DNA of 64,000 nucleotides from Acholeplasmataceae bacterium (GTDB lineage Bacteria; Bacillota_I; Bacilli_A; Acholeplasmatales; Acholeplasmataceae): NCBI GenBank assembly GCA_963667565.1, contig OY763415.1, positions 576,001 to 640,000 of the forward strand, read 5' to 3'. Shown piece by piece: positions 39,765 to 49,607 of this stretch (position 1 is its first letter; each line of letters starts with the position of its first letter). The notes under the pieces were generated by a model. It saw only the letters and a program-made list of their open reading frames with translations, ran no database searches and was not told where the DNA came from. The position numbers and the translations under genes were made by a program.

Positions 39765-40387
39765 ATTTTAGTCTTCTCTAGTCTTTGATACTGAGTTGTT
39801 ACAACAAATAACTCATAACCACCTTTTTGCATACGACCCCAAAAGAAATATCTAGCAGCAACCCCATTCGTAATTTTTCCTTCACCATAAATATATAAAT
39901 CAACTTGAGTGCCAGGATCAACTTCAAAATCAATTTCACATGTTTCCTTTTCTGTTGAGGATACTTGATAATCTGCTGATAGTTTTAAACTACCTTCTAA
40001 ATTATTCTTAAATACAGCTTTTGTTGATGTGGTTTTAATAGAAATCGTACCTGTTGCAGATAAAGAGAGTTTAGATGTTGTCTCTTGTTCTAATTTATAA
40101 TGGTATTTAATTGCAGTATAACCATCATTATAATAAGAGAATTTTGTATCAGTAATATATGTAGCTTCAATGTTCTGATTGACCGTATATGTTCTCCATC
40201 CAGAAAACTTACGTTTATTTACCTCTTTATAGTAAGTATTATAATCAGCATCAGAAAAGTCTTCTAGAAGTTTACCCGTGTTAATGGTTATATCTTCAAA
40301 AGCTTTATAATTCGAATCTGCTTTGACATTTGGTGTCCATAAATAAATCATCATAGATAATAAAATAAAAGTTACAATTTTTTTCAT
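39761..40387 (-). CDS. Secreted hypothetical protein with aerolysin/ETX-MTX2-like sequence pattern
   Basis: Signal peptide ending VKA; Ser/Thr-rich amphipathic hairpin followed by FEVDPGTQVDL; GGAGG RBS before ATG 40387. Confidence 0.55.
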   Translation of the reverse strand: MKKIVTFILLSMMIYLWTPNVKADSNYKAFEDITINTGKLLEDFSDADYNTYYKEVNKRKFSGWRTYTVNQNIEATYITDTKFSYYNDGYTAIKYHYKLEQETTSKLSLSATGTISIKTTSTKAVFKNNLEGSLKLSADYQVSSTEKETCEIDFEVDPGTQVDLYIYGEGKITNGVAARYFFWGRMQKGGYELFVVTTQYQRLEKTKI

Positions 40388-40479
40388 GTTCTTAACCTCC
40401 AATAAATCATAGAGGTATATCCTAAAATTTACTTTTAAAAAAACACCTAAAATCCATAACGATTTTAAGTGTTTATCTT

Positions 40480-41730
40480 TTATTTTTTCATAAATGCTTC
40501 AATTTCAGATACTTCTTTAATAATGTCAGCACTTAAATTGATACATCCATCTTTGGTCACTACAACATCATCTTCAATTCTAATACCGATGCCTTCTTCA
40601 GCAATATATAAACCTGGTTCAACAGTGATCACTGCACCAACTGGAATGGGTTCACTATATTTACCAACATCGTGAATATCAAGTCCTAGATAATGTCCCA
40701 AACTATGATAATAGTACTTAGTGATTTCATGATCTTCTTTGATAAGTCCTAATGATTTTGCACCTTCAATTAAAATGTTTTTACCAAACTCATTGAACTC
40801 TTGAAGTGTCACGCCAGCTTTTAACCATTTAATGGTTTCTTTATTTGCTTTTAAGACAACCTCATAAATATCTTTTTGACGTTTAGTAAATACGCCATTT
40901 GATGGTATAGTTCTTGTAATATCCGCACTATAATGATCAAGATCAGCACCTAAATCAAATAAGACGAGTTCTCCATCATTAATTTTGGAATCGTTATCGC
41001 GATAGTGAAGAACTGTTGCATTCTTTCCACTTGCTGCAATTGTCCCAAAAGCTGGTATTGCACGATTTTTGTTTAACACATAATTAAACTCAGCTTCCAT
41101 TTCAAATTCAGATTCACCAGGTTTCATCGTTTGCATTAAACATGTAATACCATCTTTAGTAATCGCAATTGATTTTTTGATTGCTTCAATTTCTTTATCA
41201 TCTTTAACAGTTCTTAATTTAGCAACAAATGCTTGATTTGGCTTAATTTGAATGTATGGGAATAAATTGATTAAATGTTTTGCATAAGCTTGAGCTTTAG
41301 AATCAGGAAGTAATTCATTTAATCTGTCTAAATCTAGATAAGCTGTTTTTACTTCGCCAAAAATAGCTCTTCTAGAAGTTGATAATAACTGTGCTATAAA
41401 AGTATCTAGACTTTGAATATCTTTTACATTTGCAAGTGGTACCAACGCTTTATCAGATGCTTCTGAAAAAGAATAACCAGCACCATCCCATAATGCTTTA
41501 ATTGGATCAATTGGCTCCATGAATATAAATGATTCTGTACGCTCTACACCTTTAACCATGACTAAGCATACATTTTCTTGATCGATACCTGTTAAATAAA
41601 AGAAATTTCTATTCACTGAAAATGGATAATGATCATCTTGAGAGCGTTGTGGTGCAACGCCAGAAAAGAAAAGTGAGATAGATCCTTGATCCACATATTT
41701 TAAATAATTTTCTCTACGAATGTCATACAT
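40480..41730 (-). CDS. pepP: Xaa-Pro aminopeptidase (M24B)
   Basis: NATVLHY, DLGA...ADITRT, HSLGHYLGLDIHD, TVEPGLY, GIRIEDD. Confidence 0.92.
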   Translation of the reverse strand: MYDIRRENYLKYVDQGSISLFFSGVAPQRSQDDHYPFSVNRNFFYLTGIDQENVCLVMVKGVERTESFIFMEPIDPIKALWDGAGYSFSEASDKALVPLANVKDIQSLDTFIAQLLSTSRRAIFGEVKTAYLDLDRLNELLPDSKAQAYAKHLINLFPYIQIKPNQAFVAKLRTVKDDKEIEAIKKSIAITKDGITCLMQTMKPGESEFEMEAEFNYVLNKNRAIPAFGTIAASGKNATVLHYRDNDSKINDGELVLFDLGADLDHYSADITRTIPSNGVFTKRQKDIYEVVLKANKETIKWLKAGVTLQEFNEFGKNILIEGAKSLGLIKEDHEITKYYYHSLGHYLGLDIHDVGKYSEPIPVGAVITVEPGLYIAEEGIGIRIEDDVVVTKDGCINLSADIIKEVSEIEAFMKK

Positions 41731-41741
41731 ATATAAACTCC

Positions 41742-43400
41742 TTATATATTTTCAATTTGTGCTAAAAGCGTTTGTTCTACAAGTAAAACATAAGCTTTAG
41801 CATCTTCTAGTGATTGTGATTTAACACCAAAGTAAATTTTTATTTTAGGTTCAGTACCACTCGGTCTAAATACAATCCAAGTATTATCGCTGTAATGGTA
41901 TTTTAACACATTTGATTTAGGAAGTGATAATGGTGTTTGAACATCATTTTCAACATGGATACCTAATAATACATCATCATATGATAAAAGTGACTTATGT
42001 GGTAATTGTGGCGGATTGTTGCGATAAAATGACATAATACGTTTAATTTTATCTGCGCCTTCAATGCCTGCAAACTTCATTGGGTTCGTATATTCATAAT
42101 AAACACCATATTTAGAATGAATGATATCTAGATAATCAATCATGGTTAATCCTTGGAGTTTGACGTGATTTGCAATCTCTGCAAGTAGATATACTGCTTG
42201 AACAGCATCTTTATCTCTTACAAAATCAGAAATTAATGATCCATAAGATTCTTCACAACCAAATATATATGGATTTTTGCCTTCATAAATATCTGCTTGT
42301 TCACCAATAAACTTAAATCCTGTTAGTGTAGTGATGACTTTGATGTCAAAAGATTCAGCAATCACTTTAATGAGATCTGTTGTTACATTAGTGGTATAGA
42401 CATGCCCGTGTTCTGGTAAAATGCCTAATTTTTGTTTTTCTGATAACAAATAGAAAAGTTCAGCTGATGCAGTTTGATTACCTGTCATCAACTCATACTC
42501 ACCCTTATGTTTGACTGCAATACCTAATCTGTCAGCATCAGGATCAGTGAGCATCACGATATCAGCATCAATTTTTTTAGCATATTCAATTGCACCTTCA
42601 TAAGCAGCAGCTTCTTCTGGATTCGAAGATTTTGTATTTGAGAATTTTGGATCTACGATCATTTGTGGTTCATATGGATAGATATCAAATCCTTTTTCTT
42701 TTAAGAATTTAGGAATCACTGTTCCACCTGTGCCATGTAATGGCGAATAAACAATTTTGACTTGTTTTTCTTCATCATAAATTTTGATGTTTTCAACTTC
42801 TTTTAAATATATAGCATCAAAAGTATCATCAATATAAGTAATATCTTGATCAAGCGTTTCAATCATAAATGGATTTTCAATTTGATTGATTTCATCAATC
42901 ACTTGATTTGCAGTTTCTAGATTAAGTTGAGCACCAGTTTTATCATAGACTTTATATCCATTATATTCTTTTGGATTATGTGAAGCAGTAATCATAATAC
43001 CTGCATCACATGAAAAATGTCTAACAGCAAAGCTTAACATCGGTGTTGGTCTAAGGGATTCAAAAACAAATGATTTAATCCCTTGTTTTGCTAAGACCAT
43101 AGCAGCATGTTTTGCAAAGTTTTTAGAATCTTTTCTATTATCATAAGAAATAGCAACCCCTCTTGTAAGGCTGTTTTTATTTAAGTAGTTAGCTAGTCCT
43201 AATGTTGCTTTTGAAATGGTGTAGATATTGACGCGATTGGTACCGACACCCATCACACCTCTTAGTCCACCTGTACCAAAAGTAAGATCTTGATAAAAAG
43301 CATCTTCAATTTGTGCTTCAGTTAGTGTATTTAATTCTTCTTTTAATTCTGGAATAAGATTTTGTGTTTTCCAGAAGTTATAATTATCTTTATATTTCAT
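41742..43400 (-). CDS. pgcA: Phosphoglucomutase/phosphomannomutase
   Basis: FGTGGLRG, ITASHNP, DPDADR, EESYG, RPSGTEPK. Confidence 0.9.
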   Translation of the reverse strand: MKYKDNYNFWKTQNLIPELKEELNTLTEAQIEDAFYQDLTFGTGGLRGVMGVGTNRVNIYTISKATLGLANYLNKNSLTRGVAISYDNRKDSKNFAKHAAMVLAKQGIKSFVFESLRPTPMLSFAVRHFSCDAGIMITASHNPKEYNGYKVYDKTGAQLNLETANQVIDEINQIENPFMIETLDQDITYIDDTFDAIYLKEVENIKIYDEEKQVKIVYSPLHGTGGTVIPKFLKEKGFDIYPYEPQMIVDPKFSNTKSSNPEEAAAYEGAIEYAKKIDADIVMLTDPDADRLGIAVKHKGEYELMTGNQTASAELFYLLSEKQKLGILPEHGHVYTTNVTTDLIKVIAESFDIKVITTLTGFKFIGEQADIYEGKNPYIFGCEESYGSLISDFVRDKDAVQAVYLLAEIANHVKLQGLTMIDYLDIIHSKYGVYYEYTNPMKFAGIEGADKIKRIMSFYRNNPPQLPHKSLLSYDDVLLGIHVENDVQTPLSLPKSNVLKYHYSDNTWIVFRPSGTEPKIKIYFGVKSQSLEDAKAYVLLVEQTLLAQIENI

Positions 43401-43475
43401 TTTTATCACCTGTAACCATTATATCAAAAAATGGTTTTTATTTCTGAAAATGTCATGAAAATTACATAATGTTAC

Positions 43476-43504
43476 AAAAAAACCTATGTATTTAACATAG
43501 GTTA
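43476..43504 (-). terminator. Terminator after coaX
   Basis: AACCTATGT-TAAAT-ACATAGGTT plus U run. Confidence 0.7.
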
Positions 43505-43510
43505 TCGTTT

Positions 43511-44257
43511 TTATGATTTATTCTTAATATAAATTTGATATAAACCTTTTAAAACAAGATCAGGATCTCGCACTAATGGATGTTTACATAAAGGTGCAAT
43601 TGTCTGAGACAAACCACCTGTTAAGATGACATTAAAGTCTTCTTTTGTTTCATCATGAATGCGTTCAATTAAACCATCAACTTGAGAGGCAACTCCATAA
43701 GTAACACCTGATTGCATACATTGAACTGTATTTGTACCTAGTACTTTTTTAGGTACTTCAATATCGATATCAGGAAGTAATGCCGTATTTCCAACAAGTG
43801 CTTTGATTGAAATGTTTACACCTGGGGTGATAATGACACCTTTAATGGTTTTATCTTTAACATAAATGTATTTAATTGCTGTTCCTAAGTCAACCACTAG
43901 CGTTGGTTTTTCATGATCTAAAACACCAGCAGCATCACAAATTAAATCAGCACCTACTTCTCGTGGATGATCGGTTTTAATATTGATACCTGTTTTGACA
44001 CCTGGGCCAACAACTAAAGGTGTTATCGATAAATGATGCTCACAAATTTCAATTAAAGTTTCTGTAAGTCTTGGTACAACAGATGATATAGCAACTTGCT
44101 TAATGGTTTTAAAGTCAATTAAACTTTTCATTTGAATATAATATTCATCAGCTGTTTTTGTGACTATCGTATTTAATCTATAAGTATCAATAATTTTAAA
44201 ACCATCTGAAACACCAATAGAAACATTTGTGTTACCGACATCAAATAATAAGATCAT
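43511..44257 (-). CDS. coaX: Type III pantothenate kinase
   Basis: DVGNTN, SSVVP, EVGAD, VDLGTA, ILTGG. Confidence 0.93.
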   Translation of the reverse strand: MILLFDVGNTNVSIGVSDGFKIIDTYRLNTIVTKTADEYYIQMKSLIDFKTIKQVAISSVVPRLTETLIEICEHHLSITPLVVGPGVKTGINIKTDHPREVGADLICDAAGVLDHEKPTLVVDLGTAIKYIYVKDKTIKGVIITPGVNISIKALVGNTALLPDIDIEVPKKVLGTNTVQCMQSGVTYGVASQVDGLIERIHDETKEDFNVILTGGLSQTIAPLCKHPLVRDPDLVLKGLYQIYIKNKS

Positions 44258-44271
44258 AAGATCACTTCCCT

Positions 44272-45051
44272 TTAAATTCTTTTTTGTACGTTTTTAAGTG
44301 CAATGATAATAGGTGTACCAATGACTGCTGCAAAAAGTGTTTCAACAACGCCATTAGTTGCAGCAATAGTAATTAGGATACCTATTTCACTATTTGCAAA
44401 TGTAGGAAATGCAACAAATAATTCATGTAACACATCCGATTCAAAAAGTAGGACTGCAAGTAAAACGACAATGGTATGTAGAAAACTACTTAATATAAGT
44501 GCAGATGGAATCATGACATCATCTTTACGTTTATTAATAAACGCATAATAAAGTGTAATAAATCCTGATATCACTAAAAGTGCAATTAAGGTAACAACCT
44601 TTTCATTCCAACCTGTATATGCGATGATTTGTTGTGAACTGTAATAAAATAAAATGATTGTAAATACAATGATAATGCTAAAAATTAAAATATCGTTTTG
44701 CTTAACGGTCGATTTAATTTTCTTTAATCCTTGATAAACTAAGTAAGCTAAGACAACAGTAAGAAGTCTTGGTAATACAGAGACTAATGGATTAATAAAT
44801 GCTTTATTCAAGCTAAGTGTACCTTCATAAGGTAGTGCTTGAATTAAAGACCCAACACCAAAGAATAAACCTAAGATAAGGCTATATTGCAATGGCAACA
44901 AAAAAACACCAATAAAAACCGGGATTGGAATTAAGGTAACTGCAGTTGTTCCAACGGTAATATAGCCAAGTTGAGGAACAAAAGTCATCACAATCACAAT
45001 CGCTGCAAGCACTGATGTTAAGATTAAATCTTTTAGATTATTTTTTTTCAT
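44272..45051 (-). CDS. panT: ECF transporter S component, PanT-like
   Basis: PQLGYI, TLIPIPVFIG, GLFFG, NPLVSVLPR, LHTIVVL, NGVVE; next to coaX; ATG at 45051 after AAGGAG. Confidence 0.75.
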   Translation of the reverse strand: MKKNNLKDLILTSVLAAIVIVMTFVPQLGYITVGTTAVTLIPIPVFIGVFLLPLQYSLILGLFFGVGSLIQALPYEGTLSLNKAFINPLVSVLPRLLTVVLAYLVYQGLKKIKSTVKQNDILIFSIIIVFTIILFYYSSQQIIAYTGWNEKVVTLIALLVISGFITLYYAFINKRKDDVMIPSALILSSFLHTIVVLLAVLLFESDVLHELFVAFPTFANSEIGILITIAATNGVVETLFAAVIGTPIIIALKNVQKRI

Positions 45052-45137
45052 TTTTCTTCTCCTTTTTAAGCCCTTGCGGGTCTCATAAGTCACCTATATT
45101 ATACTACGCATTAAAAATAAATCAAATATTTGAAAGC

Positions 45138-45168
45138 AAAAAAAAGCTATGCCATAAGACATAGCTTT
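45138..45168 (-). terminator. Terminator after the large lipoprotein
   Basis: AAAGCTATG-TCTTATGG-CATAGCTTT plus U run. Confidence 0.7.
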
Positions 45169-45174
45169 AAATTT

Positions 45175-48100
45175 TTATGCATTAAATGTTAAATAGCCAG
45201 GAAGTGTTTCCAAAACAGTAGATAAATCAGATGATGGATTTGATGAAATGTTAAATGCTATATATTGATAATCCTTCCAAAAATCAGCATCAAGTGTAAT
45301 TGTATCTGTCAAATTATCAGATCTAAGCATCACTGTATATGTATTATATGAATAATCCATATAAATGACTCTTACTTGATAGCCTGCTGTAATTGTTAAT
45401 GATGTATACCCAGAAAGACTATCTTTAGATATTACATTTGAAGCACCAAACCCTTTAATAAATGTTGTATCACCTGTTGTAATTGATTGTGCAAAGTTAT
45501 TCCAATAACCAGATGAGAATGAAAGTGCTTGATCCAAATGATCGATGATAGGATCTTGGAAAACTGTAGATGTTATTTTTTGTGGTAATGTGTCTAGTAA
45601 TCCTGTTAAGTTGGATGTTGATGGCGCAGTAGATATATTAAATGCTATGTATTGATAGTTTTGATATAATCCATTAGTTAATACAACATTACCTATATTA
45701 TTTTCAGTTCTAGAAACCACTTTATATCCATCTTCTTGACTGTAAGTTAAGAAAATGATTCTAACTTGGAATCCTGATTCAATATGTAGAATACTACCTT
45801 CAGTAAGAAATTGACGTGGAATAACTTGTGAACCTGCATAGCTTGTGCTAGCAGTCAACGAAGTACCATTTGTATTCCAATAACCTAGTTCAAAACTTAG
45901 TGGTGTTACTGAATAAGTTAAATATGAAGGAATCCTGTCAAGGATTGATGACAAATCAATTGCAGATACTTTTGAAAAATTAAATGCAATATATTCATAA
46001 TCACCCCAGAATGTTTCATCCATCACAATCGTACCTACTAAATTTGCAGTTCGATAAACGACCTGATAATTTCCATAACCATCATAACTTAAGAAAATGA
46101 CTCTAACTTGATAACCATCTTCTACAGACATGCTTTCAACACTGCTATAATAATGTTTTGATTGTGGTTGTGATGCAGCAAAACCATTTAGAAAAGCCAT
46201 ATTAGCATTTGTTGTTGTAATGCTTGATTTGTTTAATTCCCAATAACCAGAGATAAACGATGCCTCTTTATCTTCATGTGGAATAGCCTGTGGATGCATA
46301 GATATAACTGCTGTTAGATCGAGTGTAGATATATCAACATCTTGATTTGTTGTTGTTAATATAAGTGCAATTAATGGTTTATCAGAAGCAAATAAAGTGT
46401 CAATATATAGAGGTGTTGTTTGATATTCACTGACTAAATCAACTGTATAAACACCTAAATCAAATGATAATACAGCATAGGCTATCATATAACCACTTGC
46501 AACTTCGATAACAGTATCATAATCATAATAAGCACCAGTTAAAGGATTCGTTGATACATGATTTACTGATGGCGTTAATTGCGTTTGTCCTGCTTCCCAT
46601 TTTCCAGAAGTCCACGAAAGATCTGAATCTATGTGACCTATACCAGTTCCTTCAGGATGGAATAATTGGAATTTTCCAGCAACTTCATCTAATCGTGTAT
46701 TGATAGGTGCGATTGGATTAGAAGCTAAATTGAATGCGACATAATCATAATTTCCCCACCAATTTTCATCAATTTCTAAATATGAAATTTGATAGAGAGC
46801 TGTTCTATATAAAACATGATAAGAATCTTCACCTGTTTTTTCTAAGAAAATCACACGATATTGATATCCTTCTGCGATGACAATTTCAGAACCTGCAGGT
46901 AATAAATATTTTGGAATTGGCATGACTGCAGCAAAGCTGTTATGAAGTGCATCTGTCGTTGGTGAAATATCTGTTGCATTTTCATTCCAAAAACCTTGAA
47001 CGTAATCAAAAGTATAGGCAACACCATTGACATCAATTGGTATTGGATCTGGTTCAACAGTAAATGTTGATTGAGTTACACTTCTTTGTACCTCTGATGC
47101 AAAATTAACCGCTTCGATTGCAAGCCCTTGTTGGTTAACAGAGACACCTGTAGGTATAAAACTTGATGTATCACCTAAATCAAATCCTGTAATTGCCTTA
47201 AAGAAACTCAAGCCGGCAATATAACGACCCATTGGATCTGATAAATGGTATCCATCTCTAGTAAAATAATCACCAATATATGAAGTTCTAGCATTTTGAA
47301 TCGATGTACCTGAATAAATAACTTTATTAATTTGTGAAATGGTATCGATTTTAGCTCCTAATGTATCAATGATTGCTTGATACATTGTTGCTTGATCGTT
47401 ATTATAATTAGCAAAACCTGAATGTGTCGATGTTTGTTGATATGCCCATGTCATATGCCACATAATTTCTACATTTGAATTTATTGCATGATCTTCTACG
47501 AATTCTGTCAGTTTGATGATATGATCAGCATATGTGTTAGATACACCACTATAATGTGATGCTTGTTGGAATGTAATGACATCCCAATCTTCATAACCAA
47601 TCGCTTCAAGTAATGAAACACCTGAAGTTCTTTGAATCGTTTGATTCTCGTATAGTTGATATTCATAAACTTTAGCATTTGTTAAAATATTTGCTGTATG
47701 TTGAGCTAGTTCAGAACCTCCAATATACATATTAGCAACAATGATGTTTTCTTCAGGAATACCATATGCTTGAGCAATACTCCATAAATAGCGATGTGCA
47801 TCTTCTGAAAAAGAGTTTCCAATCGATAGAACTTTAAAAGTTTGAGTAAAATCGATTTGGTCTTTCCATTTTGCATAAAGTGTTGTATTTTCTAAGATTT
47901 CATCATTTTCAAAATCCCATAATTCGGTAAATGCTTGATCTTTATACCATCCTGCAAACACTTTATTGTCTTTCATTGGATCGTTTGGTCTTGAAAGTAC
48001 TTGTGACTCATCAACTAACACATTACTCATTGATGATCCTCCATCTGTATCAAATGATACGCTAAATTGTGGCGTAACTTCTTCAATCCATTTTGCATAT

Positions 48101-48588
48101 AAAGTCATATCAGATACGACTTTATCAGTGCCAAATGCCCAGCTTTGAGTAAATTCAGCATCTTTGTACCATCCATCAAAGGTAAAACCTTGTTTGACGG
48201 GTACATCTGGCATTGTGATCAATTGATCATAATTGATGACAAAATTATCAACTGCTGAACCACCATTAGATTCGAATGTGACAGTATAGGATAAAGCAAG
48301 CCATCCTGCATAAAGTGTCATGTCAGATGTGACTTTATCAGTATCAAATATCCATTCTTGTGTACATCCAACATCTTTAAACCATCCCTCAAATGTAAAA
48401 CCCGCTTTTGTTGGTTCAGTTGGCTCACTTACAAACCCATTTTCATCAATGACTTGACTTGCAATGGTATCGCCATTTGCAACTTCAAAATTCACTGTGA
48501 ATTGATTAGCATCTTGATTCTTAGTCTCGCATGCAACAAGTGATAACCCTGCCACCAGTAAAAAAATAAAAACGAAAATTTTTTTCAT
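45175..48588 (-). CDS. Surface lipoprotein: 3 InlB B-type repeats, SGNH (DUF4886-like) hydrolase, 5 C-terminal repeats
   Basis: Lipobox LVAC; three PTKxGFTFxGWYKD...W.F..D.V..DMTLYAKW units; KVLSIGNSFS, WDVITFQQAS, RDGYHLS; repeated GYW...GYQVRVIFL...YIAFN. Confidence 0.82.
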   Translation of the reverse strand: MKKIFVFIFLLVAGLSLVACETKNQDANQFTVNFEVANGDTIASQVIDENGFVSEPTEPTKAGFTFEGWFKDVGCTQEWIFDTDKVTSDMTLYAGWLALSYTVTFESNGGSAVDNFVINYDQLITMPDVPVKQGFTFDGWYKDAEFTQSWAFGTDKVVSDMTLYAKWIEEVTPQFSVSFDTDGGSSMSNVLVDESQVLSRPNDPMKDNKVFAGWYKDQAFTELWDFENDEILENTTLYAKWKDQIDFTQTFKVLSIGNSFSEDAHRYLWSIAQAYGIPEENIIVANMYIGGSELAQHTANILTNAKVYEYQLYENQTIQRTSGVSLLEAIGYEDWDVITFQQASHYSGVSNTYADHIIKLTEFVEDHAINSNVEIMWHMTWAYQQTSTHSGFANYNNDQATMYQAIIDTLGAKIDTISQINKVIYSGTSIQNARTSYIGDYFTRDGYHLSDPMGRYIAGLSFFKAITGFDLGDTSSFIPTGVSVNQQGLAIEAVNFASEVQRSVTQSTFTVEPDPIPIDVNGVAYTFDYVQGFWNENATDISPTTDALHNSFAAVMPIPKYLLPAGSEIVIAEGYQYRVIFLEKTGEDSYHVLYRTALYQISYLEIDENWWGNYDYVAFNLASNPIAPINTRLDEVAGKFQLFHPEGTGIGHIDSDLSWTSGKWEAGQTQLTPSVNHVSTNPLTGAYYDYDTVIEVASGYMIAYAVLSFDLGVYTVDLVSEYQTTPLYIDTLFASDKPLIALILTTTNQDVDISTLDLTAVISMHPQAIPHEDKEASFISGYWELNKSSITTTNANMAFLNGFAASQPQSKHYYSSVESMSVEDGYQVRVIFLSYDGYGNYQVVYRTANLVGTIVMDETFWGDYEYIAFNFSKVSAIDLSSILDRIPSYLTYSVTPLSFELGYWNTNGTSLTASTSYAGSQVIPRQFLTEGSILHIESGFQVRIIFLTYSQEDGYKVVSRTENNIGNVVLTNGLYQNYQYIAFNISTAPSTSNLTGLLDTLPQKITSTVFQDPIIDHLDQALSFSSGYWNNFAQSITTGDTTFIKGFGASNVISKDSLSGYTSLTITAGYQVRVIYMDYSYNTYTVMLRSDNLTDTITLDADFWKDYQYIAFNISSNPSSDLSTVLETLPGYLTFNA

Positions 48589-48605
48589 AAATCCTCCCAT
48601 TGTTT

Positions 48606-48625
48606 ATTGTGAAACGTTTCACAAT
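48606..48625. promoter_or_regulatory. LacI-family operator (perfect 20-bp palindrome)
   Basis: ATTGTGAAACGTTTCACAAT. Confidence 0.7.
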
Positions 48626-48673
48626 TATTTGAAAAAAATTAAAGCAACCTATTTTTGTGATGCTTATAAGTTC

Positions 48674-48702
48674 ATTATATGCATAAATATTCATGTTGTC
48701 AA
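48674..48702 (-). promoter_or_regulatory. Consensus sigma-A promoter of the lipoprotein gene
   Basis: TTGACA-17 nt-TATAAT. Confidence 0.85.
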
Positions 48703-48710
48703 CAAAAATA

Positions 48711-48724
48711 TGTAACCGTTTGCA
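48711..48724. promoter_or_regulatory. cre-like site
   Basis: TGTAACCGTTTGCA, 1 mismatch to TGWNANCGNTNWCA. Confidence 0.55.
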
Positions 48725-48742
48725 TAAATAGTAAAAAAAATA

Positions 48743-48762
48743 AAAAAAGACCCTAAGGTCTT
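48743..48762 (-). terminator. Terminator after the aldo/keto reductase
   Basis: AAGACC-TTAG-GGTCTT plus U run. Confidence 0.65.
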
Positions 48763-49603
48763 ATTTTACACAAAAGCCCCAAGGACTATTGTCTGGATCT
48801 GTATAAACACGATTTCCACGGTTAAGTTTTGTAATCTTTTCCATTTCTTCATCAGTTAATGTTATAAATTGTGCTTCAAAGTTTTCTTTGATGCGTTCCT
48901 TTGTTTGTGATTTTGGTATCATAATGATATTTCTTTGTAGTCCCCAAGCAATCACAATTTGTGCAATCGTCTTTTGGTGTGCATCAGCGATTTCTTGTAA
49001 AACATCTTTATAAGGATCTTTGAAGATGCCACCTTTCATGAATGGACCATATGATTCAATTTGAATACCCTTAGTATCTAAGTATTCTTGAAGTGGTACT
49101 TGAGTTAAACCAGGATGAAGTTCTACTTGATTGACTGCAGGAACAATTTTAGCAATCTTTAGCAAGTCTTCAACCATGTGTTTTTGAAAATTTGAAATCC
49201 CAATAGCTCTAATTTTGCCTTCTTGATATAGTTTTTCAAAGTACTTCCAAGTTGATTGATTAACCAAAGTTGAAGGATTTGGCCAATGGATAAGATATAA
49301 GTCTACATAGTCTGTTTGTAGTGCTTCAAGCGATGCTTCAAATTGTTTTTGCATATATTCAATTTGACCCATACGCATTTGTTTAGTTGTAATGAACAAA
49401 TCTTTTCTATCAATTTTTGAATCTTTGATTGCTCGTCCAATACTACCTTCGTTTCTATACATCTGAGCAGTATCAATGTGTCTATAACCTATTTCTAAGG
49501 CATATTTAACTGTATCATATGCAACTTGGCCATCTTCTACTAAGAAAGTGCCAATCCCCAACTGTGGCATTTTAACGCCATTGTTCAATGTGATCAATTT
49601 CAT
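48761..49603 (-). CDS. Aldo/keto reductase
   Basis: LNNGVKMPQLGIGT, GYRHIDTAQMY, DLYLIHWP, IGISNF, NQVELHP, IPKS. Confidence 0.93.
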   Translation of the reverse strand: MKLITLNNGVKMPQLGIGTFLVEDGQVAYDTVKYALEIGYRHIDTAQMYRNEGSIGRAIKDSKIDRKDLFITTKQMRMGQIEYMQKQFEASLEALQTDYVDLYLIHWPNPSTLVNQSTWKYFEKLYQEGKIRAIGISNFQKHMVEDLLKIAKIVPAVNQVELHPGLTQVPLQEYLDTKGIQIESYGPFMKGGIFKDPYKDVLQEIADAHQKTIAQIVIAWGLQRNIIMIPKSQTKERIKENFEAQFITLTDEEMEKITKLNRGNRVYTDPDNSPWGFCVK

Positions 49604-49607
49604 GTTT

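Noticed and set aside
43438..43466. CodY-like and GlnR-like boxes upstream of pgm
   Set aside because: Four mismatches to the CodY consensus, and a 6-nt spacer where GlnR needs 7.
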